Positions 38,111 through 50,935 of a stretch of 64,000 bases of DNA are shown here, one piece after another. The position numbers were made by a program, and so were the translations under genes. Position 1 is the first letter of the stretch, and every line of letters begins with the position of its first letter. Source of the DNA: Dendrobates tinctorius. Taxonomy: Eukaryota. The stretch spans positions 55,738,001 through 55,802,000 of the forward strand of contig NW_027361707.1 in NCBI RefSeq assembly GCF_039654945.1, in the 5' to 3' direction. Below the pieces are notes generated by a model that worked only from the letters and a program-made list of their open reading frames with translations, was not told the DNA's origin and ran no database searches.

Positions 38111-38971
38111 ACTCACCGTCACTTGTCACTTTGATCCCCAAAGCCATTGTCGCCTGAGGAATAAATATCAAAATAAAAAAACACCAATATACTTACCCCG
38201 ATCCGCAGAAGTCCACGAGGGTCCCACGTCGATCTTGCATGGAGAACAGCAGCATCAGCTGATGCTACCGTTCTCTACCAGCTCCAGGAATACAATGACG
38301 GAAGGTAGGTATCTTTCCGCACTGTATTCCTCCACCACTGTTAAAAAAAAAAAGTCCCTAGTCTCACTTTATGCCATTGCTGCGTGGGAAATTCCCACGC
38401 AGCAATGGCATAAAGTGAGACTAGGGACTTTTTTTTACAGTGGTGGAGGAATACAGTGCGGAAGGATACCTACCTTCCGTCATTGTATTCCTGGAGCTGG
38501 TAGAGAACGGTAGCATCAGCTGATGCTGCTGTTCTCCACGCAAGATCGACGTGGGACCCTCGTGGACTTCTGCGGATCGGGGTAAGTATATTGGTGTTTT
38601 TTTATTTTGATATTTATTCCTCAGGTGACAATGGCTTCGGGGATCAAAGTGACAAGTGACGGTGAGTATGTACTCTATGTTATATGTACTGTATGTCTAT
38701 ATGTATGTATTGTATGTAGTATATATGTATGTTGCATGCATGTAGTATATATGCAGTATATATGTAGTATGCATGTTGCATGCATGTGGTATATATGTAG
38801 TATGTATGTAGTATGTATGTAGTATGCATGTAGTATGTAGCATGTATGTAGCATGTAGTATGTATGTAGCATGTATGTAGTATGTAGCATGTATGTTGCA
38901 TGTAGTATATATGTAGTACGTATGTTACATGTAGTATATATGTAGTATGCATGTTGCATGCATGTGGTATA

Positions 38972-40577
38972 CAGTGGGGAAAAAAAGTATTTAGTCAGTC
39001 AGCAATAGTGCAAGTTCCACCACTTAAAAAGATGAGAGGCGTCTGTAATTTACATCATAGGTAGACCTCAACTATGGGAGACAAACTGAGAAAAAAAAAT
39101 CCAGAAAATCACATTGTCTGTTTTTTTTTCATTTTATTTGCATATTATGGTGGAAAATAAGTATTTGGTCAGAAACAAGCAATCAAGATTTCTGACTCTC
39201 ACAGACCTGTAACTTCTTCTTTAAGAGTCTCCTCTTTCCTCCACTCATTACCTGTAGTAATGGCACCTGTTTAAACTTGTTATCAGTATAAAAAGACACC
39301 TGTGCACACTCTCAAACAGTCTGACTCCAAACTCCACTATGGTGAAGACCAAAGAGCTGTCAAAGGACACCAGAAACAAAATTGTAGCCCTGCACCAGGC
39401 TGGGAAGACTGAATCTGCAATAGCCAACCAGCTTGGAGTGAAGAAATCAACTGTGGGAGCAATAATTAGAAAATGGAAGACATACAAGACCACTGATAAT
39501 CTCCCTCGATCTGGTGCTCCACGCAAAATCCCACCCCGTGGGGTCAGAATGATCACAAGAACGGTGAGCAAAAATCCCAGAACCACGCGGGGGGACCTAG
39601 TGAACGAACTGCAGAGAGCTGGGACCAATGTAACAAGGCCTACCATAAGTAACACACTACGCCACCATGGACTCAGATCCTGCAGTGCCAGACGTGTCCC
39701 ACTGCTTAAGCCTGTACATGTCCGGGCCCGTCTGAAGTTTGCTAGAGAGCATTTGGATGATCCAGAGGAGTTTTGGGAGAATGTCCTATGGTCTGATGAA
39801 ACCAAACTGGAACTGTTTGGTAGAAACACAACTTGTCGTGTTTGGAGGAAAAAGAATACTGAGTTGCATCCATCAAACACCATACCTACTGTAAAGCATG
39901 GTGGTGGAAACATCATGCTTTGGGGCTGTTTCTCTGCAAAGGGGCCAGGACGACTGATCCGGGTACATGAAAGAATGAATGGGGCCATGTATCGTGAGAT
40001 TTTGAGTGCAAACCTCCTTCCATCAGCAAGGGCATTGAAGATGAAACGTGGCTGGGTCTTTCAACATGACAATGATCCAAAGCACACCGCCAGGGCAGCG
40101 AAGGAGTGGCTTCGTAAGAAGCATTTCAAGGTCCTGGAGTGGCCTAGCCAGTCTCCAGATCTCAACCCTATAGAAAACCTTTGGAGGGAGTTGAAAGTCC
40201 GTGTTGCCAAGCGAAAAGCCCAAAACATCACTGCTCTAGAGGAGATCTGCATGGAGGAATGGGCCAACATACCAACAACAGTGTGTGGCAACCTTGTGAA
40301 GACTTACAGAAAACGTTTGACCTCTGTCATTGCCAACAAAGGATATATCACAAAGTATTGAGATGAAATTTTGTTTCTGACCAAATACTTATTTTCCACC
40401 ATAATATGCAAATAAAATGAAAAAAAAACAGACAATGTGATTTTCTGGATTTTTTTTTCTCAGTTTGTCTCCCATAGTTGAGGTCTACCTATGATGTAAA
40501 TTACAGACGCCTCTCATCTTTTTAAGTGGTGGAACTTGCACTATTGCTGACTGACTAAATACTTTTTTTCCCCACTG
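38972..40577 (+). mobile_element. Intact Tc1/mariner transposon (1606 bp)
   Basis: TA TSDs (38970-38971, 40578-40579). ~207-bp TIRs begin CAGTGGGGAAAAAAAGTATTTAGTCAG and look identical by eye. Confidence 0.97.
39339..40361 (+). CDS. Tc1-family DD34E transposase, 340 aa, uninterrupted
   Basis: N-terminal HTH ([12 protein letters not shown]...RSGAPRKI), [15 protein letters not shown] and [11 protein letters not shown], with 34 residues between the second D and E. Ends KGYITKY. Confidence 0.97.
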   Translation: MVKTKELSKDTRNKIVALHQAGKTESAIANQLGVKKSTVGAIIRKWKTYKTTDNLPRSGAPRKIPPRGVRMITRTVSKNPRTTRGDLVNELQRAGTNVTRPTISNTLRHHGLRSCSARRVPLLKPVHVRARLKFAREHLDDPEEFWENVLWSDETKLELFGRNTTCRVWRKKNTELHPSNTIPTVKHGGGNIMLWGCFSAKGPGRLIRVHERMNGAMYREILSANLLPSARALKMKRGWVFQHDNDPKHTARAAKEWLRKKHFKVLEWPSQSPDLNPIENLWRELKVRVAKRKAQNITALEEICMEEWANIPTTVCGNLVKTYRKRLTSVIANKGYITKY

Positions 40578-40967
40578 TATATGTAGTATGTATGTAGTAT
40601 GCATGTAGTATGTTGCATGTACGTAGCATGTAGTATATATGTAGCATGTATGTAGTATGTAGCATGTATGTTGCATGTAGTATATATGTAGTATGTATGT
40701 TACATGTAGTATATATGTAGTATGCATGTTGCATGCATGTAGTATATATGTTGTATGTATGTTGCATGCATGTAGTATATATGTATTATGTATGTAGTAT
40801 GTATGTAGCATGTATGCAGTATGTAGCATGTATTTTTTTTTTTTTTTTTACATTCAACACATTAGCCGGATGATGGGACTACTACTGTCCCATCATTGGC
40901 TAATGTGTCAATCACTGTCATGGTAGCAGGCATCGCCCGATGGGACTTGTAGTCCCATCAGACGATG

Positions 40968-41270
40968 CCTGCACAGACCCCCGGAGCCTGCACAGACCAC
41001 CGGCAGGCCGGCACAGACCCCCGGGCAGTCGGCACAGACCCCCGGGCAGTCGGCACAGACCCCCGGAGCCTGCACAGACCACCGGCAGGCCGGCACAGCC
41101 CCCCAGGCAGTCGGCACAGACCCCCGGGCAGTCGGCACAGACCCCTGGAGCCTGCACAGACCACCGGCAGGCCGTACAGACCCCCGGGCAGTCGGCACAG
41201 ACCCCCGGGCAGTCGGCACAGACCCCCGGCAGGCCGGCACAGCCCCCTGAAAGGCCCGGTACAGACCCCA
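40968..41270. repeat. GC-rich ~21-bp minisatellite (CACAGACCCCCGGGCAGTCGG), mirrored by a shorter array at 37255-37375
   Basis: Directly visible tandem units. Confidence 0.85.
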
Positions 41271-41477
41271 GAGAGGCTGTACAAGGCAAAAATAGGGTTT
41301 TTCTTATTCCGATACCGGAAGTCCCATAGACTTGAATGGGACTTCCGGTATCGGAATCGGCGATACCCGATATTTTTTTTAGATAGGCCGATCCTTTCCG
41401 ATCCGATACTTTTAAGTATCGGACGGTATCGCTCAACACTAATGATCACACAAATCTCCAAGTGTGCCCAAACTTTT

Positions 41478-41773
41478 GCCCCTTTGCATCTTATATTCCG
41501 GTGCTGACCTTTGGACCGTGTTCAGACTACCGTTTGTTATTGCCCCTTTGCATCTGATATTTGGCTGCTGACTTTTGGACTGTGTTCAAACTACCTGTTT
41601 TTTATAGCCCCTTTTGCTTATCCGCTATTTCTCTGGCATTCTGATCCTGGCTTGTGACCTGACTTGCGACTTCGTATTTTCCCTTGGTTTGCTACGTGAT
41701 CTTTTGGTATTGACCCAGGAATGTCTGACTGCACTGATTCACGGCCTAGCCGTGGGTTGTGACTTGTGTCACA
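41478..41773 (+). mobile_element. Partial LTR inside the terminal repeat of the decayed Tc1
   Basis: TGACC/GACTAC-type internal repeats, ending TGTGTCACA like the other solo LTRs. The 5' end is missing. Confidence 0.45.
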
Positions 41774-43379
41774 TATATATTTTTTTTGCATAAAATATTA
41801 AGGAATGTGTATTTTATTGCATGTACCGTATATCTTTAGGTCCTTTTTAGATCATTTCATCTTCAACTTGGTTAACTCTTCACAATAACAGTAAACTTAA
41901 CCAAAGGTGCCCAAACTTTTACATGCCACTGTATAGTTTTGGCCTCAGACAATTAATAAAGTCCCATTGCTGCCAGTACCACCGACAGTATATGCTGATG
42001 ACACTAAGATCTACCTTTGTGGCCCAAATGTCACCTTTCTGCTGTCCAGAATCCGTGTCTATCATCCTCCATCTTCTCATTATATTTCCCAAAACTCAAT
42101 GTGGATAAAACCAAACTCATCATCTTACCTACTTCTCTGTTAAATCTCCTATCTGATCTATCTATCACAATAAATGACATCACACTTTCCCCTATTTCTG
42201 CTGCCTCGGAGTAATTCTTTATTCTGCCCTGTTCTTTGAACTGTACATCCAAGCTCTTACCACCTCTTGTCACCTCCAATGTTAGTGCATTGCCCTCATG
42301 ATCTCACACCATGGATACCGCAATATTCTTCTCTGTGGCCACCCAGCTAATACTCGCGCACCTCTCCAGTCCATCCTTAACTATTCCACCAAATTAATCC
42401 ATGTCTCTCCACACTACTCCCCCACTTCTCCCCTCTACAAATCCCTTCATTGGCTTACAAGTCCCCAAAGAATCTAGTTAAAACTACTAACATTGACCCA
42501 TTATCTGACTCCTCCATATATCTCTGAACTAATCTATTGATATCTCCCTACATGTCCTCCTGTCCTCCTAAGGGTCCCATTACATTTAGCAATGCACCAG
42601 CGATCCTGACAATGATACGACCTGGTTAGGATTGCTGGTTCATCGCTAAATGGTCGCTAGTGAGCTGCCAAACAGGCAGATCTCACCAGCGACGCAGCAG
42701 CGATAAGCGATCCGTCGGCGGTCGCTCTTACCTGTTACACCGCAGCGATGATGACTAGAGATGAGCGACTTTGCCTTTTCTGGGTCGAGTCGGGTTTCAT
42801 GAAACCCGACTTTCTCAAAAGTCGGGTAGAACGAAATCGGCAGACTATAGGGAAAAGTCGAGGGTCCGACTGAAACACGAAACCCAATGCAAGTCAATGG
42901 AGAAGCAAAGTCGGCAGGGAGTGGAGGACAGTAAACACACCTACAGTGCCCATTTCAATGCCAAAAACATCAATTCTTATTACTGAAGCTTGTCAACCTT
43001 AATTTACTTTATAATAATAGTTACGCACTGAAAACTGGGGGTTATTTGGATAAAGTTGTGGGGGGGTAGGGCTGGCTCAAGGTTTTCATGTGCCCTGGGC
43101 CAAAGAGCGCCCCTTTAACACATACCACAACTCATGATGCTCCGATACGGCACAGAAAGATAGGTATAGTACAATGACAAATACTTCACTGCTTACATGA
43201 CATGACTGATCTATTTTAAATTCTACAATAGCTCAAAAAAAGGACAGTATAATACTCCATATAGTATTATGGCCACGACATTGTGCGCCATACAGAATAA
43301 TGAGCCCCATATATTTCTCCATACAGAATAATTGGTCATATATAATGTTCCATACAGTATACTCCACATAATGCTACAG

Positions 43380-44040
43380 TATATGATGGTCCCCATGGAC
43401 GATGCTCCAGTGTGTTATGGGCCCAAATAATGCTCCGTATATAATGGGCCCCATTTCTAATGCTCCAGTGTATAATGTGCCCCATTTATGCTGCTCCAGT
43501 GTCTGATCTGCCCCATTTAGAATGCTCCAGTATATGATGGGCCCCATGGATGATGCTCCAGTGTCTTATGGGCCCAAATAATGCTCCATATATAATGTGC
43601 ACCATTTCTAATGCTCCAATGTATAATGGGCTCCATAAATGCTGCTCCAGCATCTGATGTCCCCCATTTGGAATGCTCCAGTATATGATGGGCCTCATGG
43701 ATGATGCTCCAGTGTCTTATGGGCCCTAATAATGCTCCATATATAATGGGCCCCATTTCTAATGCTCCAGTGTATCATGTGCCCCATAGATGCTGCTCCA
43801 GTGTCTGATCTTCCCCATTTGGAATGCTCCAGTATATGATGGGCCTCATGGATGATGCTCCAGTATCAGATGTCCCCCATTTGGAATGCTCCAGTATATG
43901 ATGGGCTTCATGGATGATGCTCCAGTGTCAGATGTCCCACATTTGGAATGCTCCATTACATTATGGGCCCCATAGATGCTGCTCCAGTGTCTGATCTGCC
44001 CCATTTTGAATGCTCCAGTATATGATGGGCCCCATTTTTA
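43380..44040. repeat. ~30-bp minisatellite (ATGCTCCAGT..ATGATGGGCCCCAT) inside the hAT element
   Basis: About 20 tandem ATGCTCCA-containing units. Confidence 0.85.
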
Positions 44041-44042
44041 AT

Positions 44043-44590
44043 TAACCCAGGCATGGTATGTGAAAAGAGCTCCATGGAATAATCTGAAGTGTGTGCTGCC
44101 ACGTCCTTCACTTTTGGTGTGGGTGAAGGACCCAAGGAAAGTGGTTGCTCCTGACCAGAAGCCTGCACTTATGACTCAGTGCTTGCATTTTTTTAAACTT
44201 CAGAAGAGGAGGCGATAGAGCTAAAGGCTGTTTCAGCAATGTAAGCCAAAAACAGTTCCTGATGCTCCGGCTTTAAAAGCAGTCTACTTACTCCCATATT
44301 ACAGGCCTTCCAGAGCTACACCATGATGCAGACTCAACACCTCCTGCCTTAGCTGCTATTGTGTTTTTGGCACTACCAGCAGATGCACCATCACCACCAT
44401 CAGTACCAGGTGGCCCCGCACATCCACGTCCGCATCCTCTTCCACCATACTTCCTCATGTTTTAGAAAATTGACCCAAAATACGAGCAGATATATGGTAC
44501 TGTATCAGAAACGTACAGCTCTATACAGTCTAGGGATAACAGTAAATCTCAGTATATATTTCATGAGTCATACACAGACGCTCTCAGGCT
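44043..44590 (-). pseudogene. Diverged second copy of the hAT transposase N-terminus and upstream sequence
   Basis: Aligns with 49429-49976. ORF 43956-44168 contains PKVKDVAAHTSDYSMELFSHTMPGL versus PKVKDAATHTSDYSMELFSHTMPGL in 49186-49851. Confidence 0.85.
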
Positions 44591-45429
44591 CAGTATGGAT
44601 TACTCAATAAAGTAAAAGGATGAAAAAGGGTACAGTATCACCAGATACAAGGTATATATAGTATAGTGTAAACATTCTGAATCTCCGTATACATTTCAGG
44701 AGGCTGACACAAACGCTCTCAGGCCCAGTATGGAGTACACAAGAATATGAAAAGCTGTAAATGGGTAGTGTAACACAAGCGTACACCTGTATACAGTGTT
44801 GGGCAAATTTTAAATCTCGGTATATATTTCCGGAGTCACCCTCAGATGCTCACTCAGTCTGGGTTTGACCATAATAAAAAATGTTGTAAAAAAGGTACTG
44901 GATAACAAGATAGCAAGTATATATATTATAGAGTACAATTGAAATCTCTGTAAACATAGTCCCGTTGTCAGTCTCAGACGCTTGCTCAGTATTTATTTGA
45001 CCGTAATACTAAATGTCGAACAAAGGTACTGTATAACAAGATACAAGCTGTATCGAGTATAGGGTAAAATTGGCATCTCTGATTCACAGTATATATAGAA
45101 GGCGTAAACCACACACGCTCACTCACTATGGATGATACCGTAATACAAAATTTGGAACAAAGGTACTGTATCAGCATATACCAGGTGTATCCAGTCTTGG
45201 GGTAATTGTAAATTTTCGTCTATACTTCCGGAGTCAGACACAGACACTCACAGGCTCAGTATGTATTACACGAGAATTTAACAAGTAGAAAAAGGGAAAG
45301 GTAGTCGAAGCGTGCAACAGTATACAGTGTTGTGGTACTTTTAAATCTTCACATATATTTCAATCTCAGTAAGCCAGTCCAGACTCTCCACTACTGGAAA
45401 CTACATCGATACAAGTACAGGCGGAAATT

Positions 45430-45965
45430 CGAGTGTTATCAGAAATTTGGGAATTACTCATCGCGGGAAAACCTCCCGGTAGATGTTGCAGAGGCGATGC
45501 AGACCATCAATTACTGTGTCTGTGGAGACAGCAAAAGCGGTTCTTTGTGAAGAAAGGATTGCTTTATCGCAGTAGCGTGGATCACATCACCGTTACTCGT
45601 CTCCATCAAACTGTGATCACAGGGAGAGATGTACACATGGTCCTCACAGCCTATCATGATGTGTCTGGTCATTTTTGAGTGCCAAAGACAGAAGCCACAG
45701 ACCATAGGCAATTATATTGGATTGGCATGAGAGGAGACATTGAAAAATCGTGACAGGAATGTCATACGTCTGTGACTATCACAACTGTGAAAGGGGATCA
45801 TAAAGCACCACTGCATCCGCTTGTAAGTTGACATCCATTACAAATGGTAGCCATTGATCATCTGAAGGTAGAGGCCAGCAGGACAGGGCATAGCTACATC
45901 TTAACCATCATCGATCAATACACCAAATTTCTAGTGGCCGTCCCTGTGAAGAATTTAACTGCCCA
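45430..45965 (+). pseudogene. Gypsy-type retrotransposon integrase fragment
   Basis: LWRQQKRFFVKKGLLYR...VLTAYHDVSGHF, then YWIGMRGDIEK..EC (zinc-binding region), then KAPLHPLVS*HPLQMVAIDHLKVEASRTGHSYILTIIDQYTKFLVAVPVKNLTA (start of the rve core). Contains stops and frameshifts. Confidence 0.85.
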
Positions 45966-46344
45966 GATTACATAGCGGTGGAGCAGGGAGAGGTAAGTAT
46001 TGCAACTTGCAAGTGCTGTGGCCATGACCAAGCAGGGGTGGCACACTCGTGGTCGACGATACTGGCACAGAGCCCCTCATAGTACGCTGGTGTGTCTGAT
46101 GGTGAGTGGGCCCCCCACCGTCGGAGACACTGTATTGTACTATGAGGGGCCCTGTGCCAGTGTCGTTGGCCATCTGTGGGCCCTCCACCTGTTCAGAGCA
46201 ACGGCACTTGCCTGGGTGCGCCAGGTGTTGACCCCAGCAATTGGGGGGGTGGGCAGCCCACTTAGGGAGGTCAGGTTTAAAAAATGGCATATGTTGATGT
46301 GTTGGCTGGACATTCAGCTGCTGCAAAGGGCGGAATTGGGCAAG

Positions 46345-49300
46345 TCAGAGGAAGAGGAGGACAAAAGCGAGGCAGTTTTCTGGGGAAGGAGGGACAAAAT
46401 CCTTTGCAACCCATGCATGGTTCATTTTAATGAAGGTTAGATCATCAACATTTTTGGTCGACAGACGGGTCCTTTTTTCTGTCAGGATTGTTCCAGCAGC
46501 ACTGAAGACTCTTTCAGATAACACACTAGCAGCAGGGCAAGCAAGCTCCTGTAAGGCATATTGTGCCAATTCAGGCCAGGCGTCCAGTTTAGAGGCCCAA
46601 TAGTCAAAGGGGAATGACTTGTGAGGGAGAGCATTGATATGGGAGGAGAAGTAGTTTGTAACCATATTTGACAACTGCCTCCTGACACTTTTAATCGATG
46701 CCGTATTAGCAGTCGTGTGAGCGGTACTTGAGAAATCATTCCACAACATGGTCATTAATCCCCTGTCTCCACTGTCACTTCAGCTGTGTGCACCACGAAC
46801 ACCTCTTCCATTGTGCCTACTACGGCTCGTGGGAGAAGCAGCACCGCTGCTGTGTGCTGGGAAAGCCTCAAACAAATGGTTTACCAGAGTTGCTTGTTTG
46901 TTAGCCAATATTATCTCTAGGTTCTCCTGTGGCATGATGTTGTGTAATTTGCCTTTGTAGCATGGATCGAGGATGCTGGCCAGCCATTAGTCGTCATCTC
47001 TCATCATTTTGGAAATGTGGGGGTTCCTTTTTTGGATCCGCAAGGCATAATCGCACATGTGGGCCAATGTTCCAGGTGTCAATGATGCACTGCCAGTGGT
47101 GGGTGGAGGAGCACTTTCTGGCAAATCCACATCCCTACAGTCACGCACAAACACTGTAACTGACCTTGGAACGCCAACATTTTCTCTTGCCCCCTGAGAA
47201 GCATCCTCCTGCCCAAAATAATCATCCTCCTCATCCTCCTCCTCTTCCTCTTCTTCCTCCACCTCATCCAGGACAGTTCCCTTACCAGACAATGGCTGAC
47301 TGTCATCAAGGCTTTCATCCTCCTCCTCTGCAGACGCCTGATCCTTAATATGTGTCAAACTTTGCATGAGCAGACGCATAAGTGGGATGCTCATGCTTAT
47401 GATGGTGTCATCTGCGCTAACCAGCCGTGTGCATTCCTCAAAACACTGAAGGACTTTACAGAGGTCTTTCAGCTTTGACCACTGCACACCCGACAATTCC
47501 ATGTCTTCCCTCAAACTACCTGCCCGTGTATCCTCCCACAAATGCATTTCAGCCTGCCTCTGTTCGCACAGCCTCTCAACCATGTGCAGGGTGGAGTTCC
47601 ACCTTGTTGCAACATCTATGATTAGGCGGTGCTTGGGGAGGTGGAGCAATCGCTGCGGCTTCTGCATACAACTGGAGTGTACGGCCGAGCGACGGATGTG
47701 CGAGTACAGTCTTCGATCCTTATGGAGCAGGGATGTTAACGCCGGATAAATTTTAGGGAAGCACTGCACCACCAGGTTCAATGTGTGAACCAGGCAAGGT
47801 ATGTGTGTGAGGTTTGCACAGGCTACGGCTGCCACAAAATTACGGCCGTTATCACTGACTACCTTGCCTGCCTCAAGATGTAGACTGCCCGGCTATGACT
47901 CTGTTTGTCGCAGCAAGCAGTCGGCCAGTACCTCCGCGATGTGTCTGTTGTCGCCCAAAGGCATCATCTTTAACACAGCCTGCTGACGCTTACCACTAGC
48001 TGTTCCATAGTGGGACACCTCGTGTGCAACACTGCCAGCTGCGGATGGAGTGCTCGTGCGACTGCGCTCTGTGGATGAGCTTTTGCTGATAAAGGAAGAG
48101 GAGGATCGAAAGCCTACAGCCAACTGTTTCCTAAACCGTGGGCTAGGCAGCACTGTTCCACTGCCGCTGTCTTAAGTGGAGTCTGCATCCACCACATTAA
48201 CTCAGTGCGCAGTGATGGACACGTAACGGCCCTGGCCATGCCTGCTGGTCCATGCATCTATTGTGAGGTGCACCTTTCCACTCACTGACTGTTTTAGTGC
48301 AATAACAATGCGGTCTTTCACATGCTGGTGAAGGGCAGGGATGGCTTTTTGAGAAAAGAAGTGCCGACTGGGTAGGTCATAGCGTGGGACAGCATAGGCC
48401 ATGAGGTCGCGGAAAGCTTCGCTTTCAACCAAACGGTAGGGCATCATCTCTAATGAGATTAGTTTGGCAATGTAGGCATTCAAACCAAGTGTACACGGAT
48501 GAGAGGATGAGTACTTTCTTGTCCTACTCAGAGTGTCTGGTAGGGTGAGCTGGACTGGAGAGCTGCATATGGGGGAAGTAGCGGTGGACCGGATGGAGTG
48601 AGAGGGGGTTGGTGATGGTATTGGTAGTGATGGCCTAGATTCAGTGTTGTGTTGCAAAACCATTGTGATTCCCTGAGTGGTTTGGCCTTACGACAACACC
48701 TCCACATTAAGTGCTGGTGGTGTGCTTAACGGTGGCGGTGGCCTTACAGTTGGGGAAGCGATGGAGCATTGCTGGCTACCTTCACTCGGAGAGGTTTTGC
48801 AGTCCGTCCACGCTTGCAAGTGCATGTTGATTAAATGTCTAAGCATGCAACTGGTATTCAAATTTCTGAGTTGTTTACCTTGGCTAAAGGTCCTTCTGCA
48901 CTTCTTACAGGTAACCTTTGCCTCATCAGTAGGATTTTGGACAATGAAGTGCCACACTGCACTCTTCCTACTATGGTATACATTTTCTGGCCTTGCACGC
49001 TGTGCTAAGTTGACCATCAGGCCAAGCTGTCCTGCAACTCTTTTAGTTTTTGGTCCATGTTTTGGACAGCTATGAGCCTGCCAGATAACCTGCCTGCTGC
49101 GGATCCTTCTCCTTTTCTGAACTTTTGCCAGCGCCACCCTTCTCCCCCAATGGATGCCAATCCGGGTCAAGAACTGGGTCATCCATCACCTCCTCTTCAA
49201 AGTCATCTGCACCTTCCTCTTTACCTTCTTCTGTATCACCATGTAGGTGGTATAGTATGTGGGAAGGGACACCTGAGTTTCATCAGGGTCAGATTCTGGG

Positions 49301-49851
49301 TCAATAGACTGCGAGGGCAATATAGTGCTCTGGGTCGATGTACCAGCAGAATCATCTAGCAGGGGCTGTGCATCAGTGCACTCCATGTCAGATTCATCTT
49401 GGACTGGGGAATTCTGGATTTGACTCGATAACCCAGGCATGGTATGTGAAAAGAGCTCCATAGAGTAATCTGAAGTGTGTGTTGCCGCATCCTTAACTTT
49501 TGGTGGGGGTGAAGGAGACAAGGAAAGGTGTTTTTCCTGACCAGAACCCTGCACTGACGACTCCGTGCTTGCAGGTTTCGAACGTTCAGAAGAGGAGGCA
49601 ATAGAGCTGGTGGCTGTTTCGGCAATGTACGCCAAAACCTGTTCCTGATGCTCCGGCTTTAAAAGCGATTTTCCTTCTCCAAGAAAAGGCAACCTTACAG
49701 GCCTTCTTGGGCCAGAGGAAGATGCAGGCTCAACACCTCCTGCCTTAGCTGCTATTGTGCTTTTGCCAGAACCAGCCGATGCACCACCACCATCAGTACC
49801 AGCTACGCCCCCCTGCCCACGTCCGCGGACTCTTCCACCATACTTCCTCAT
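46345..49851 (-). pseudogene. hAT transposase pseudogene with BED zinc finger (ZBED-like), originally ~1150 aa
   Basis: Colinear fragments: BED finger SAVWHF...CKKC...MLRHLINMH (48688-49182), VHLTIDAWTS (48202-48663), VVSDNGRN (~47840-47862), HIPCLVH and DVATRWNST (46987-47835), and C-terminal WPELAQYA...SVLSERVFSAAG...FIKMN (46345-46755). Confidence 0.92.
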
Positions 49852-50129
49852 GTTTGGGAAAATGTACCAAAAATACCAGCAGAGAGATGGTACTGTATGA
49901 GGAGCGTCCAGCTGTGTAAGGTGTATGAAAAAAATTAAATCTACGTATATATTTTGTTAGTCACAGACGCTCTCACAATATATATTGGACCGTAATCCAA
50001 CAAGCAGATATACGGAACTGTATCAGAAGTGTACAGCTGTATACGTTTTTTGTGTAACTAACAATCTCCGTATATGTATTTACGGAGTGTCACACACACA
50101 CGCTGACTCTGTATAGATGTGACTGTAAT

Positions 50130-50935
50130 GTGAAAGGCAGATATACAATACTGTTTGAGAATCAGACAGCTCTATACGGTGTGTGTATTGAAAATTGTCA
50201 ATCTCTGTCTATTTGTACAGGGACTGACACACGCTGTCTCTGTCTAGTTTTGACCGTGGTCAAACAGCAGATATATAAAACTGTTTGAAAAGCGGACAGC
50301 ACTCACTCTAAGGTGTAAGTCTGGAAAAACGGAAAAACTCCTCTGCTTTTTTTTCCAGAGTCACACACAGATAGCTTCTTTTTGTCCATGATACAAGGCG
50401 GTACACGGTAGTGTGTGAGGATCGTACACCGCTATACGGTGTCTGTATGGAAAATTGTCACTCTCCATCTATTTCTATAGGGACTGACTCATGCTGTCTC
50501 TGTCTAGTTTTTATCGTAATCAAACAGCAGATCTACGAAACTGTTTGAAAAGCGGACAGCACTCTAAGGTGTAGGTCTGGAAACACGGAAAAACTCCTCT
50601 GCTTTTTTTTCCAGAGTAACACACAGCTTCTATTTGTCCATGATACCAGCCGGTACACGGTACTGTGTGAGGATCGTACACCGCTATACGGTGTCTGTAT
50701 GGAAAATTCTCAATCTCCGTCTATTTGTATAGGGACTGACACACGCTGTCTCTGTCTAGTTTTCACCATAATCGAACAGCAGATATATGAAACTGTTCGA
50801 AAAGCGGACCGCACTCTAAGGTGTAGGTCTGGAAAACCGGAAAAACTCCTCTGCTTTTTTTCCAGAGTAACACACATATAGATTCTATTTGTCCGTGATA
50901 CCAGCTGATACACGGTAGTGTGTGAGGATCGTACA
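50130..50935. repeat. ~255-bp tandem repeat (3-3.5 copies) upstream of the hAT transposase
   Basis: CGGAAAAACTCCTCTGCTTTTTTT recurs near 50330, 50586 and 50838. Confidence 0.85.

Larger units (their letters stand above)
37061..41441. mobile_element. hAT non-autonomous element built as a giant palindrome
   Basis: TIR TAGTGTTGAGC / GCTCAACACTA with perfect 8-bp TSD ATGATCAC (37053-37060, 41442-41449). Subterminal CCGATAC repeats. Confidence 0.93.
35098..41931 (-). mobile_element. Decayed Tc1 transposon hosting nested insertions
   Basis: TIR CAGTGGCATATAAGAGTTTGGGCACC / GGTGCCCAAACTTTTACATGCCACTG-TA. The minus strand at 35481-35550 encodes KLKVLQWPS*SPDLNIIENLW. Confidence 0.85.

Noticed and set aside
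37577-38959. His/Tyr/Thr-rich ORFs (up to 173 aa)
   Set aside because: Stop-poor translations of the TACA/CATG microsatellite.
39248-39988. 246-aa antisense ORF
   Set aside because: It lies on the opposite strand of the Tc1 transposase and shows no recognisable domain, so it is most simply a shadow ORF.
40908-41507. Overlapping Pro/Gly/Cys-rich ORFs on both strands
   Set aside because: Products of the GC-rich 21-bp minisatellite.
46345-49851. Domesticated host ZBED gene
   Set aside because: Multiple stops and frameshifts, and it is enclosed by TIRs and an 8-bp TSD.
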